Shown: in pieces, positions 37,801-48,600 of the stretch
Position numbering within the stretch: position 1 is the stretch's first letter
Layout of the letters: every line of letters starts with the position of its first letter
DNA from: a virus
Lineage: Duplodnaviria; Caudoviricetes
IMG/VR virus record: IMGVR_UViG_3300042885_000751
Span: 1-64,000 of that record
Length of the DNA: 64,000 bases
Reading direction: 5' to 3' (one strand)
Notes under the pieces: model-generated
What the model saw: only the letters and a program-made list of their open reading frames with translations
What the model was told of the DNA's origin: nothing
The model's database searches: none
Position numbers and translations under genes: made by a program

Positions 37801-40800
37801 TTGTTTTAAATTATCAAGATAGTCTTAAGGTATCAAATCAAATTGATTCTGCTTTATCACAGATTATTGATGAAGTGTATAATGATAGACTTAATAAAAA
37901 TATTAATAAAGTTAAAGATCTAGCAGGAAATATAGTAACAGTAAATAAAACTGGAACTATTCAGATATTAACTATTGATAAAAATAAAAAAGAAGCTTAT
38001 GCTAGAATTGAATTAAGATTTAATAAAAGACTTGATAAATTCAAAACAGAACTAGAAACTACTCCTCAAGAAGATTTTAATAAAAGAAGTTTATTAAATA
38101 ATAAAATAAGAATAATAGAAGAAGCACTTGCTAATTGGGATAATGTATTAGAGTTTCATAAAGAACACAGTACATTTGATTTAATTAAACAAAAGTACAT
38201 TGAAATAAATGAAGAAGAAACTGAAATAGATGAAGATAAAACTGGTACAGAAGTTGTTGAAGAATCTGAAGCAGTATCTAAAAGTGAAGTAGGTGAAAAA
38301 TCATTATTACAATTAGCTGAAAAAGAAACTCTTTACATTCTAAAAAGTCTATTTAAAATAGTTGATGGTAAACAAGTAGAAGGGCCATTAGGTTTTCCAG
38401 AATTAGTTGACTTTAGTAAAATATGGAATACAGTTACTAAAGTAATTGGAGGTGAAAAGAATCCAGTTAAAATGTATCTTAAACTTCAAGAAGCTATACC
38501 TTTTTATCCAGAATTAGCACAACTTGTAAATAATAAATTCCCAGATCCAAGAAATATTAAAACATTACAAGAATTTAATATCAAAGCAGCATTTTGGCAA
38601 GATTTTAAAAAACCTTTAATAAGATATGTTCAATTAACAGTTGATACAGATAAAGAAACAGGTAATTATAAATCTGAAGTAACTGATGCTTCAATTGAAT
38701 TTAAAAATATTATAAATAGTTTTAAGAGTGCATTTAATTCATCTGCAGAAACTAAATATATCAGTAAAAATGAAAATAATAAATCAGCATTAAAACTTGA
38801 TACACTAATTAAAGCTTTTCCTACTACTGCATCTATTGCTTTACCTGCACAACAGATTGAATTTGTTAATGCATTAGGAATTGGTTTACAAGATTTAAAA
38901 AGTATTAAAGATGAATTAGGTTCTAAAGACTATAGTATTTTTTATATATATCAAATTGCAAAAGCAGTTGATACATTAAATAAAGATTCTAAACTTAGTA
39001 ATAATGAGCAAAAAGAATTTATTAAAAAATTCATAGATAATCCTATTGATGCATTATATGGTAAAATACCTGCAGGTATATATAAAACTACTACAAGTGA
39101 AAAAGCTGTAATACAAAACTTAGCAAAATTACAAAGTAAATATGGTAATAATTATGCAAGTTTTAGTGTATTAAATGCAGAGAAAAAACTTGTAAATGAA
39201 TTTACAGAAGATAGTAGTGTTACTATGATAGTAGATGCTATTAACAATGTTAAAAATGGTAGAGATTTATGGATGAATAAAGGATATAACTATATGAGTT
39301 ACCTTAATCCATTGATAAACGGTTTTACTGAGCAATCACAATTACTTAAAAGTATATTTGAGGTTGAAGAAAATACATGGGCAAGAAGAGGAGATGCTAA
39401 GTTAGATCTTGTAATGGTGTCTGGTACTCAAATAGTAAATCTTGATGGTGCTAATACTACTTCTCTTGATGTACATAGTAAATATATTCAAGAATTAAAC
39501 ATGATGTTAAAATCAGGTTTCCAAGAATTTATGAGACATGCTTCTAAGTCATCATCATTTGGTATGAAGTCTAATAAGTTAAACTTATATGTTGACATTG
39601 AAAAATTTAAACCAGGAGGAGATGCTAATCAATACGCTGTTGATAATATATTTTTAGGTTATATCCAAGCTGAGTTACTTAGAATACAAAAAATAAGAGG
39701 AAATAAAGAAGAGTATAAAAAATATGTAGGTTATAATAGAGAAATTAAATCTGCAGATGGTAAAACTGTTCTTGGAATGGCTGGTGAGTTCTTTACTGCA
39801 TTTGATAATATATTAACTAAAGATACTAAAGAAGAGATAATTGAAAAAGTAAAAGATGGTAAATTACTTGATTATTTAGAGTCAGACCCTAAATTAAAAG
39901 AAGATATAACTGAGCAAGTAAGTGCATATTTTGAAAGACAGTCTGCTGATAACAAGAAAGATTTTCAAAAATCTAAATGGATTGACCCAGCATTAACAAA
40001 TAAATTAAAAGTTTATGAATTATCAACAGATGATGAAGAAACTACGCTTATTAAAGCACATACAATGAATGCATGGATTCATAATTTTGAGACTGCTAGT
40101 TTAATATATGGTGATATTGTACAGTATAATCATGCTAAACAAGAATTACATAAAAGAAATCCAGGTTCTACTTCAGGTGGTAGAGGATTCATGGATGATC
40201 TTTATACTCAAAACTTTTTAAATAGTGACTTAATTAAAGGTACATCATATGGTGCTAAACTTGCAACTATGGATGAATTTGGTAGTGATTATGCTCCATT
40301 TAGTTACAGTAACACTTATAATACTGCTATTATGCAGGAAGTTAAAAGAAGTTCAGTATATGTTAAAAATATTGAAAAAGGTCTAAGAGAAGATTATAAA
40401 AACAGAGGATTATCTCAAGCAGAAATTGATAAAAGACTTCTTAAAGAATTAAAACCATATAAAGATATGGAAGAGGGTGATGGTCAAGGTTATATAACTA
40501 TTGATGCATACCGTCTATTAAGACTTGCTGAAAAGAATTGGTCATCTGAACAAGAAGATTTATTCCAAAAAGTAATTAGTGGTAAAGAAGTTAGTACTGA
40601 AGATATAACACAAATCTTTCCTGTATATAAATTACAACACTTTGGCCATTTAGCTAATACACCATTACCGGTTAATGCAATGCATAAATTTGCATTGATG
40701 CCATTAATTCCATCACTTATTGTTGGTTCTGATTTAGAGTCATTACATCACCAAATGATGAAAGGTAATATACAATATGCTACATTCCAAACTGGTTCTA

Positions 40801-43800
40801 AAGTAGGTAGTGTAACATCTCAATTAAATAAAGATGGTAAAGCAGTAGCAGATCAGATATATGATGATAATGGTGCTCAAAAAACATTAAAATCAGATAT
40901 TGCTTTTACTCCAAATACAATATACTTAGCATATCTTAAAAATGTTACAGCTGTTCCAATTAAATTAAAAGGTAAAACAGTATTCTCTACTCAGTTAAGA
41001 AAACTTATTATTGAAGGTTTATATGAGAATGGTAAATTAGTTAATCAAGAATATGCACCATTTGTTAAAGCTTATGAAGATGCTGTAAATGGTTATACTG
41101 AAATACTAAAAACTGAATTATTAAATGAAATTGGTTATGAATATAAAGATGGTAAATATGTTAGTGGTAATATAACTAAATTCATGGATGTAGTTCAAAG
41201 AGAACTTACTAGAAAAGATTTACCAGAACATTTAATTGACTATATTCAAGTTGGTTCTAATAATGTTTTAACAAAAGATTTATCATTACATATGCTTTCA
41301 GGAGACATTGAAAAAATGATAACATCACTTGTTGAAAAAAGAATCATAAAACAAAAAGTAAAAGGTGAAGCATTAGTACAGGTTGCTAGTTCTTTAACTA
41401 ATGGATTATGGGATTCAGGTTTTAAATTTGAAAAAGCTCAAACTGCAGAAATAGAAAAATACTTAGGTACTAATAACTTACCTTTCTATAATCCAGGTGA
41501 AAATGGTAATACATCTGCAATGAAAGTTGCTATTGCATTACAAGGTGATTTTAAAAATCTTTTAAAACTGAAAGATCTTGATGGTGTAGAAATAGGTACA
41601 AGAGAAAGATTAAATGTATTAATTAAAAATGATGAGTGGTTAAATAAAGGCAATAACCGGAAATCTGTTACTTTATCAGCTGTAAGGATCCCTGTACAAG
41701 GAATGAACTCTATGGAGTTTATGGAAGTATATGAATTTTTAGATCCAGCTGCAGGTTCTATTATTATTCCTCCATCAGAAATTGTTGCTAAATCAGGAGC
41801 AGATTATGATGTTGATAAGCTTACTACATTCATGCCTAATATAGATGAAAATGGTAATTATGTAACATCTAATATATCTGAGGAAACATTAAAAAAATTA
41901 ATTGCAAATGCAGAATCTAAAGGTGATAAAGCTGAAGTAGTTAAATTAATTGCATTACAGAAAAAAGCAATTGAAAATAGATTAATTGATTCTATCAGAG
42001 GTATATTACAACTACCTGATAATTATGCTACATTAGTAAGACCAAATGAAACTTACTTAATGAAAGATATTGCAGATGAGTTAGTAGACTCTTCACCTGA
42101 ATATGGAAGATATAAAACTATTAGTCCAACAAATACATTAGAGGTAGGTTATAATCTAGCTAAACATGATTATAATATGACAGGGAAAGATGTATTAGGT
42201 ATTATTGCTCTTGAAAATGCATTACATCCATTGTATACAGCATTAGGTGCTGCTTTACCAAAAACATATTATGGTTCAGTTAAAAATAAAAGGACTAAAA
42301 AATATGAAGATGATAAAAGTATAATCTATGATATGAGATTATTACTTGATCATAATAAAACTGAAGATGGAAGAATTTCTTTATCAGGTATTAATAGTGT
42401 AGATGGCCAAGATAAAATAGCAGATTTATTTTCACATTTAATGAATGGTTCTGTGGATGTTGAGAAAGATGCATGGATTTTCTTTATTCAAGCTAATAAA
42501 GAACTTATACCAATGTTGTTGAATTTACTTAAAGCTGGTGTCCCAAAAAGACAAGCAGTTTATTTTATATCTCAACCATTAGTAAAAGAATATGCAAATC
42601 AACAAAGACTATATGCTAGTACATATGCAAATCTTACTGGTAAAGAAACATTACCTGATGAAAATGCAAAATATAATGCTCTTCAAGCTACATTAAAACA
42701 AACTGATATTAGTCAAGCTATTTTTAAAGCAAATGAAAATAGATTAAATAATACATTAGATAATCTTAATCCTAATACTATTATAAAAGTAAAACCAAAA
42801 AATAATAAAGATTCATTTGAAATTACTGTTAAAGAATTTAAAAAATTTATTACTGAAGGTGAGATTAAATTAGACTATACTGATGCATTACTTGATATTA
42901 AAGGTAATGTAATATTTAAAAGTATAATTGCAGATCCTAATAATGCGTTTTATCACCCAATGTCTACTCCAAACTATAAAGATGTTGTACTTGCAGCAAC
43001 TGAAGGTATGGATAAGTTTACTACAGCTGATTTAAAAGAGACAATGGAAAGTAATGATACTACAAGTCCAAAAGCTATTGCAATGTTCTTACATTACCTA
43101 GAATATGAAAGGCAAATAAAAGATATGGCTGATCTTAAAAGACAGTCAAATCCTGATACTGCTACTTCTAAAACTATACAGGAGATCATGCAAAGAAAAA
43201 TTGGTTTAGATATTTTATCTAGGTCATCTAAAATAGATCAAGATTTAGTAAGAAAATTAAGAGAAGAGTCTATATTAGGATCTTTCTTTGATAATGTTAT
43301 TACTCAAGATTTAGTAGAACCTTTATTTCCATTAACAGATGATAAAAGAGTATCTGATTATTTACTTAATTATATTAATAATAATAACATTCCACTTAAA
43401 TTTGGTGAAGGAGCAGATGGCATAACTAATTTTATCACATCATTTAAACAAGCAATGGTAAATTATATTTATCAAAACAGATTAAATGAGATAATAACTA
43501 CTAAAGAGTCATTCCCAGGTGTACCAGAATTATTTAATTCTTTAAATCACCAAGCATATGTGACTAGATTTATGAGTATGATAAGTGAAAATACTCACTT
43601 AAAAGAATTGTATTCAGTACTAGAACAGATTACTGATGTACCGGTAAATATATTTGATTCTAAAACTAAGCAAATTAAAGGTCAGATATCTGTATTAACA
43701 TTAAACAATAAACCTGTAGTAAAAGGAGCACTATCTGATAGTTATCATCAAAACTTAATTGATCTTGCTGATGAAAATGTTATTAAAGTAAAAGATCCAG

Positions 43801-44813
43801 TTAAGAATAAAAAAATATCAGACATGTTTAAGATATTACCTCTTATATCTGTTTTACAGAATGGAGTAGGTAACACTAAATATGGTCTTAGTTATGTTCT
43901 TCCTGATACTACATACTTTGAAATAGTAGAACCAGCATCTAGAGAATTTATTTCTAATAAGATGAATACATCTACTTTTGATAAAATTGCAGCTATGATG
44001 ATTGCTAATGACCCTAATGTAAATAATTACATTGATGGTTCAATTATATTTAAACCTACTACTCAACCATCTACTCAACAACAAGCTCCAGTAGGTAAAG
44101 TTTTTGATTATAATTATAAAATACCTTATGAAAAACTTAAAGCAGTCATACCGGCTAGTAAATTTAATTCATTATTTATTAAAATTGAGGATTTACTAAA
44201 TAATTATAGAATTAGTAAAGATGTACTTGATACTGTTCTTACTAAAAGCTCAGATAAAATGAAAGGTTTAATATTACTTATAGAAAAGCGATTTAGAAAT
44301 GAAAATCTTATATATGGTACACCTGAATTTGATTTAAATATATGGGAAGAAAATAGAAATTACCTTTCAACTCTACTACATGCTGAACTTAAAAAGATTT
44401 ATCCAAATTTACCTGCACTTGAAAAAATACAAACAGTTGCAAAAAGACAAGCTTCAGTAACTGAAGAAGAACCAGATGGACAAACTGGAGAAGGCACAAC
44501 TGAAAATCCAGTACCAGAAGAAAGAAATATAATAGTAAATCAATATACTTTCACAATTAAACCAGATGGTAAAATATATTATGGTAACGGTAAAGAATTA
44601 ACTGAACAAACTATTAAAAATAAAGTGTATATTAGAAAAGAATTACAAGATGGTACATTAAGAGTGTCTACCTTTGATAAAAAAAATTATTATGTGCTTT
44701 CAGATAATAGAATAATTGATTCTGGAAAAACTGTAGGTGATGAATCTGTATTAAATTCTTTAACTAAAGAAAGAATATTAGAAGCAGCTTCACTTTATAA
44801 AAAATCTTGTTAA
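34896..44813 (+). CDS. Giant virion DNA-dependent RNA polymerase (crAss type) with zincin-like HExxH domain
   Basis: GADYDVDKL catalytic DxDxD (41802-41816) preceded by VRIP; DGQGY and HKF motifs; YHEAWH...EEIIAEDF at about 37416. Confidence 0.85.
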   Translation: MVNCSLSPTQVENLYKLIYKQMLNSLEDNSFNQEAFMTDLFEKIEQKADINTASTFLQVVPVLMKEALEQDELGNVNFDLNINRELINNFKNTENGLFKTLKYFKPEATLADLEISMEIEKGIINTPESDQGDELTDILNDPFRWQADDALTSTMQELSTRKPDEKDTGAKEKKDPNKERIYRAIRKIKEKGVRKEGGPELIYQGKVLKLKTVKLLSLNAKNLLDKTTVAFVIKSNSIVDQGTSLEDVTPAKDIIALVVTDENGVELFFDENGNISTKEEGGQIVYQFLRDVRTEKDSNKLRVTDIYGLEDRILSPAELIEKDAHNSKMSMESYKKWLIDQGTTYEELLVAVDNKQQESFKELQNLRDDARADKPKLLNITDISAGITDVFFSETSTTLDDFLTSSKKTFEDLDLQINPDKFTAQVYVNDTYYTIDRPNLPEEYINQIAAVLVNPKLTNEQKNNFYLQFTNNNINRDKRKLLVFYDSVTKELTAKYRTKSSESAQLFDLSASGAEKIIIDSLLYESTYVKTNGETEIYATTMGYNKDLLISKGVSKFYTYDRTTDKLIAKSYKDFLNGLDLKVLKPDTEKNDKDKAVNNPYFQFRIDKDFIAETEEVKEATTSTPVDKIKETKDNLVAKLKVNKDLSGTIYSGKALTDATFEMMIDGVRVEGRYEDGKPIAGIKIGDPVTFIVNDVSPTITDVISIYKGDKKIGQVSQTDFTLKPKTPKATVTPQQKAAEKDKPLTNPDKVGQADDTTGISDAFDLNRSAKLPNNVTQEEITAAQEWWDNSPLSKLIKLEHMANIVNSDVYARFIIAGKRLEDTKIQLDTATGSSAVDLYHEAWHAFSQLYLTKDQKTKLYAETRKRLNNYDLSPIEVEEIIAEDFRDYAKNPQTIKDGPTRNSLFRKIWNFIKALFGKQNTKDELFEKLFFASKNPKLLNKYTPLVDNHMFNTLNRARGIVNTETKELVLNYQDSLKVSNQIDSALSQIIDEVYNDRLNKNINKVKDLAGNIVTVNKTGTIQILTIDKNKKEAYARIELRFNKRLDKFKTELETTPQEDFNKRSLLNNKIRIIEEALANWDNVLEFHKEHSTFDLIKQKYIEINEEETEIDEDKTGTEVVEESEAVSKSEVGEKSLLQLAEKETLYILKSLFKIVDGKQVEGPLGFPELVDFSKIWNTVTKVIGGEKNPVKMYLKLQEAIPFYPELAQLVNNKFPDPRNIKTLQEFNIKAAFWQDFKKPLIRYVQLTVDTDKETGNYKSEVTDASIEFKNIINSFKSAFNSSAETKYISKNENNKSALKLDTLIKAFPTTASIALPAQQIEFVNALGIGLQDLKSIKDELGSKDYSIFYIYQIAKAVDTLNKDSKLSNNEQKEFIKKFIDNPIDALYGKIPAGIYKTTTSEKAVIQNLAKLQSKYGNNYASFSVLNAEKKLVNEFTEDSSVTMIVDAINNVKNGRDLWMNKGYNYMSYLNPLINGFTEQSQLLKSIFEVEENTWARRGDAKLDLVMVSGTQIVNLDGANTTSLDVHSKYIQELNMMLKSGFQEFMRHASKSSSFGMKSNKLNLYVDIEKFKPGGDANQYAVDNIFLGYIQAELLRIQKIRGNKEEYKKYVGYNREIKSADGKTVLGMAGEFFTAFDNILTKDTKEEIIEKVKDGKLLDYLESDPKLKEDITEQVSAYFERQSADNKKDFQKSKWIDPALTNKLKVYELSTDDEETTLIKAHTMNAWIHNFETASLIYGDIVQYNHAKQELHKRNPGSTSGGRGFMDDLYTQNFLNSDLIKGTSYGAKLATMDEFGSDYAPFSYSNTYNTAIMQEVKRSSVYVKNIEKGLREDYKNRGLSQAEIDKRLLKELKPYKDMEEGDGQGYITIDAYRLLRLAEKNWSSEQEDLFQKVISGKEVSTEDITQIFPVYKLQHFGHLANTPLPVNAMHKFALMPLIPSLIVGSDLESLHHQMMKGNIQYATFQTGSKVGSVTSQLNKDGKAVADQIYDDNGAQKTLKSDIAFTPNTIYLAYLKNVTAVPIKLKGKTVFSTQLRKLIIEGLYENGKLVNQEYAPFVKAYEDAVNGYTEILKTELLNEIGYEYKDGKYVSGNITKFMDVVQRELTRKDLPEHLIDYIQVGSNNVLTKDLSLHMLSGDIEKMITSLVEKRIIKQKVKGEALVQVASSLTNGLWDSGFKFEKAQTAEIEKYLGTNNLPFYNPGENGNTSAMKVAIALQGDFKNLLKLKDLDGVEIGTRERLNVLIKNDEWLNKGNNRKSVTLSAVRIPVQGMNSMEFMEVYEFLDPAAGSIIIPPSEIVAKSGADYDVDKLTTFMPNIDENGNYVTSNISEETLKKLIANAESKGDKAEVVKLIALQKKAIENRLIDSIRGILQLPDNYATLVRPNETYLMKDIADELVDSSPEYGRYKTISPTNTLEVGYNLAKHDYNMTGKDVLGIIALENALHPLYTALGAALPKTYYGSVKNKRTKKYEDDKSIIYDMRLLLDHNKTEDGRISLSGINSVDGQDKIADLFSHLMNGSVDVEKDAWIFFIQANKELIPMLLNLLKAGVPKRQAVYFISQPLVKEYANQQRLYASTYANLTGKETLPDENAKYNALQATLKQTDISQAIFKANENRLNNTLDNLNPNTIIKVKPKNNKDSFEITVKEFKKFITEGEIKLDYTDALLDIKGNVIFKSIIADPNNAFYHPMSTPNYKDVVLAATEGMDKFTTADLKETMESNDTTSPKAIAMFLHYLEYERQIKDMADLKRQSNPDTATSKTIQEIMQRKIGLDILSRSSKIDQDLVRKLREESILGSFFDNVITQDLVEPLFPLTDDKRVSDYLLNYINNNNIPLKFGEGADGITNFITSFKQAMVNYIYQNRLNEIITTKESFPGVPELFNSLNHQAYVTRFMSMISENTHLKELYSVLEQITDVPVNIFDSKTKQIKGQISVLTLNNKPVVKGALSDSYHQNLIDLADENVIKVKDPVKNKKISDMFKILPLISVLQNGVGNTKYGLSYVLPDTTYFEIVEPASREFISNKMNTSTFDKIAAMMIANDPNVNNYIDGSIIFKPTTQPSTQQQAPVGKVFDYNYKIPYEKLKAVIPASKFNSLFIKIEDLLNNYRISKDVLDTVLTKSSDKMKGLILLIEKRFRNENLIYGTPEFDLNIWEENRNYLSTLLHAELKKIYPNLPALEKIQTVAKRQASVTEEEPDGQTGEGTTENPVPEERNIIVNQYTFTIKPDGKIYYGNGKELTEQTIKNKVYIRKELQDGTLRVSTFDKKNYYVLSDNRIIDSGKTVGDESVLNSLTKERILEAASLYKKSC

Positions 44814-44823
44814 TAATAATATT

Positions 44824-45582
44824 ATGGCTTGTAAACTACAAATTAAAGAAGATTTAAATAAAGAAATTGATAAAAAACTAGGTGGGTATAGAGATACTAC
44901 ACATAGTGACTTTAATGCTGAAAGAATCTTAAAAGATATTAATAATGAATATCCTAAACTAGCTAGTAAAAGTGTTTTTGATAAAGATATAGTTGTAATA
45001 AACATTTCTGAAAAAGTTCTTGATAGTATTGTTGATGAAAAATATAATGCTCAATTACAAATAGAAGAAGAGTTAGCAATGATGTCTGGTGAAGTAGATT
45101 TTGATGAAAGAGATATTAGTTTTTATAATGGTGATGAAGCTTTATTTGATCAGGAAAATAGAGAAGAAGCAGAAATAGAAGTAGATGAAGAATACATAGA
45201 AGAATACCCTATTCAAACTGAATATAAAAAAGAATTTGAGAAGACTGGTAAAAAACCAAAATCAGTTATAATTGGTGGTTCAAAAGCTATTTTAAATAAT
45301 AATGATACATATGATATAACAGATTTATCAGGTAAAATAGTATTATTAAAAAATATTGACCTAGATACTATGGAATTAGTAGAAGAACCAGTATCTTTAA
45401 AACCATATAATCAAAAAGCATTTAATTCTTTTGTAAATGATACTATGTTAAATCTATTTACAGAAGAACAACTTGCTTATAAAGGTATTGACATTAATGA
45501 TATATTTGATGAATTAGAAGTAATTACTACTGAATCTGAGTTAGTCAAAATAATGGTTAAAGTACTTAAAAATTTGTGTTAA
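44824..45582 (+). CDS. Acidic hypothetical protein (probable cargo/linker)
   Basis: 252 aa, E/D-rich, Cys only at residue 3 and the last residue. Confidence 0.6.
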   Translation: MACKLQIKEDLNKEIDKKLGGYRDTTHSDFNAERILKDINNEYPKLASKSVFDKDIVVINISEKVLDSIVDEKYNAQLQIEEELAMMSGEVDFDERDISFYNGDEALFDQENREEAEIEVDEEYIEEYPIQTEYKKEFEKTGKKPKSVIIGGSKAILNNNDTYDITDLSGKIVLLKNIDLDTMELVEEPVSLKPYNQKAFNSFVNDTMLNLFTEEQLAYKGIDINDIFDELEVITTESELVKIMVKVLKNLC

Positions 45583-45600
45583 TTAAAAATTCTAAACAAT

Positions 45601-48600
45601 ATGTATTGCCCAATTAAAACCAGCAAAGAATATGTAAAAATACTTAACTCAGTAAATGGAAATGATACTAGAGCTGAAGAAGAATGGATTAAACAAGGTT
45701 TTGCTAATAATAAAGATTTAAATTATATACCTGATGAATTAACTGATAATGCTGAAGTAAAAAAAGATGATATATCTACTATGGTGGATAGTATTTGGGG
45801 ATATTTAGAAAAACAATTAAAAATACTTCAAGGTCAAAAATTAATTAATCAAGAAGAAAAAGAAGAAAGACAAAAAAAATTAATTGAAGAATTTAGACAT
45901 CTTGAAGGTATTAATTCTATTAACATGTTTGTTAAAGACAGTTATGAAAAAGCTTTAGAAATTGAAAAATTAATGAAAGCTATCATTAATAAAAAAGATG
46001 ATGGCACAGATGATTTTAAAAAAAATCAAATTGCTGAACTTACTAAGTTAAATAATTTTGCTAGTGGTTATAGTATTCTTGATGAAATTTCTAAAGCTGA
46101 TATATATAGTTTTTTTACTGCAAAAGAAGGAGAAGAACAAGTCTCTGAAGAAACTGGTAAAACTATAAGAGAAATGTTAACAGATGCAATCTCAATAAAA
46201 AAAGCAGTTAAAGAACAATATATAAGACAGGGTATACCATTAATGGCCTCATTTTTACTTAATTATAAAAATTTAAATTTAGATGAAGCAATTGATAATG
46301 AAGTAAATGCATTAATAAAAAAATTAGAAGCTGAAAAAACATCTGCAAATGCTAATGATAAAAAAATTAAACAGATAACAGATAGAATTACTAAATATAG
46401 ATCTTTTACACAGACTCAAGAGTCAATGGAAGATTTATTAAAATTTGCTGCTAAAGATGAAGGTTCAATGGAATTTTGGTTTGGACCATTAATAACTAAT
46501 GCAGATGCTTCATTAGGTTTATTTGCAAGAGCAGTTAAAACAGAATTTGAAAGTGCAAGACAATTGGATATAGATATAGCAAAACTTGCAGGTAAAGCAT
46601 TTACAAAATATAAAGATAGTCAAGCAGAAAGCAGAGACAATCCAGCTAAGTTTAATGAAGGTTTATATGAAGTATTATCATCTTATAGTACAGATAAGAA
46701 TGGTGAACCTGTTATTACTAAAAAAATGGCTTTTGTACAAAAATACCGTATGAGTGATTATAATAAAGAGTTAAATAAAATATATACTAATCCAATTAAA
46801 GGTACTGATCTTTCACCTGCTCAATTAAGAGCAAAATCTGATTATGAAGCTAATAAAACTACTATAATAAGAGACTGGTATGCTGAGAATGCACAAAAGA
46901 AAAGTGATGCAGAAATTGATAAAATTCTTGCTGAAAAAAATAAATTACTAAATTCTGGTGCTTGGAATCAAAAAGATTATGATAAATGGCATAAATCTGT
47001 TTTAAAAATCTTAGATAATGGTACTAAGATTTATATGAAAGAATTTAGTGAGCCAGCTGATAAATATCTTAATAAAAAATGGGAAGCTTTGTATGATAAA
47101 AATGATAAACCTAAAAATGCTAAAGGGGAATACCATTCATTTTTATTAAATCTATATCTTGATGCTCAAGAAAAAGTACCAGATACTCAAAAAATGGGTT
47201 ATGTTTTACCATCAATACATAAACGTACTATAGAAAGAAGTAGTATTAAAAGTGTTATAAAAGATAAATTTGAAGATGCAACAACTATAAGAGGAGATGA
47301 ACCTGAATTTGGTGTTTCAGATTTATCTAATGAAAGTGCAAAGTTTATACCCGTATACTATACTCAAGATATGGATGCTGATGAAGTAAGTTTAGATTTA
47401 ATAAGATCTGTAGAACTTTATTCTCAAATGGCAAATAAATATGAATCAGTAAATAATATCTCAGCAGAAACATCAATGTTTAAAGCCATTATAGGAGATA
47501 GAGAAGTTGCTGTAACTACTTCTAAAGATGTTAAAGTATTAGATGCACTTGCAAATAAACTTGGTATTAAATCTACTATTAAAAAACAAGGTGAAGCAAA
47601 TTCTAAAAAACATGTAGATGCATTTATAAATATGCAATTATATAATGAAATGCAAAAAGCTGAAGTAATTGGAAGTTATTCTATGGGTAAATTAACAAAT
47701 CTTGCTTTAAGTTATTCTGCTATAACAAGTATTGCTGCAGATTTACTTAAAGGTGTTGCAAATAATTTACAAGGTAATATCCAATTAATTATTGAAGCTA
47801 ACTCATCTGAATTTTTCAGTAGAAAAGATTTAAGAAAAGGTAAATTGTATTATGCAAAAAATGTAACCTCATTTCTTTCTGATTTTGGTAAACCAACACC
47901 TGATTCATTAGTAGGTAATCTTGTAAATCATTATGACCCAATGCAAGGTAACTATAAAGATCAGTATGGTAAAAATGTTTCAGGTAGTGTATTTGCTAAG
48001 TTAATGAGAACAGATACACTATTCTTTAATCAGCATTTTGGTGAGCATGAGATACAAGTATCTGCAATGTTTGCATTAATGGAAGCAACTAAAGTAACTG
48101 ATACTAATACTGGAGAAACAATTTCTCTTTTAGATGCATATACTAAATACGGCATTAAAGAACTTGATAAAAATACAGATTTCAATAATACAAAGAAACT
48201 TGACTTACAAAATAGAATACATGCAATAAGTAAAAAATTACATGGTGTCTATAATGATTTTGATAAAGGTACTGCACAAAGATATTCAGTAGGTAGATTA
48301 GCTATCATGTATAGAAAACATCTTATACCTGGTTATAAAAGAAGATATGGTAAACTTCAAGTAGATCAAGAACTTGGTGCTGTAACTGAAGGTTACTATA
48401 TAACTTTTTATAATACAATGTTAAAAGATTTGGCTAAGCTGAAACTTAATATGATGCAGAACTGGTCAACATATACACCTTTTGAAAAAGCACAAATCAA
48501 AAGAGTAATGGCTGAAACAGTAATCATATTTGGAACAACTGCTTTTATAATGTTATTAATGCATGCTTTTGGTGATGATGATGATGAGAAAAAAGGATAT

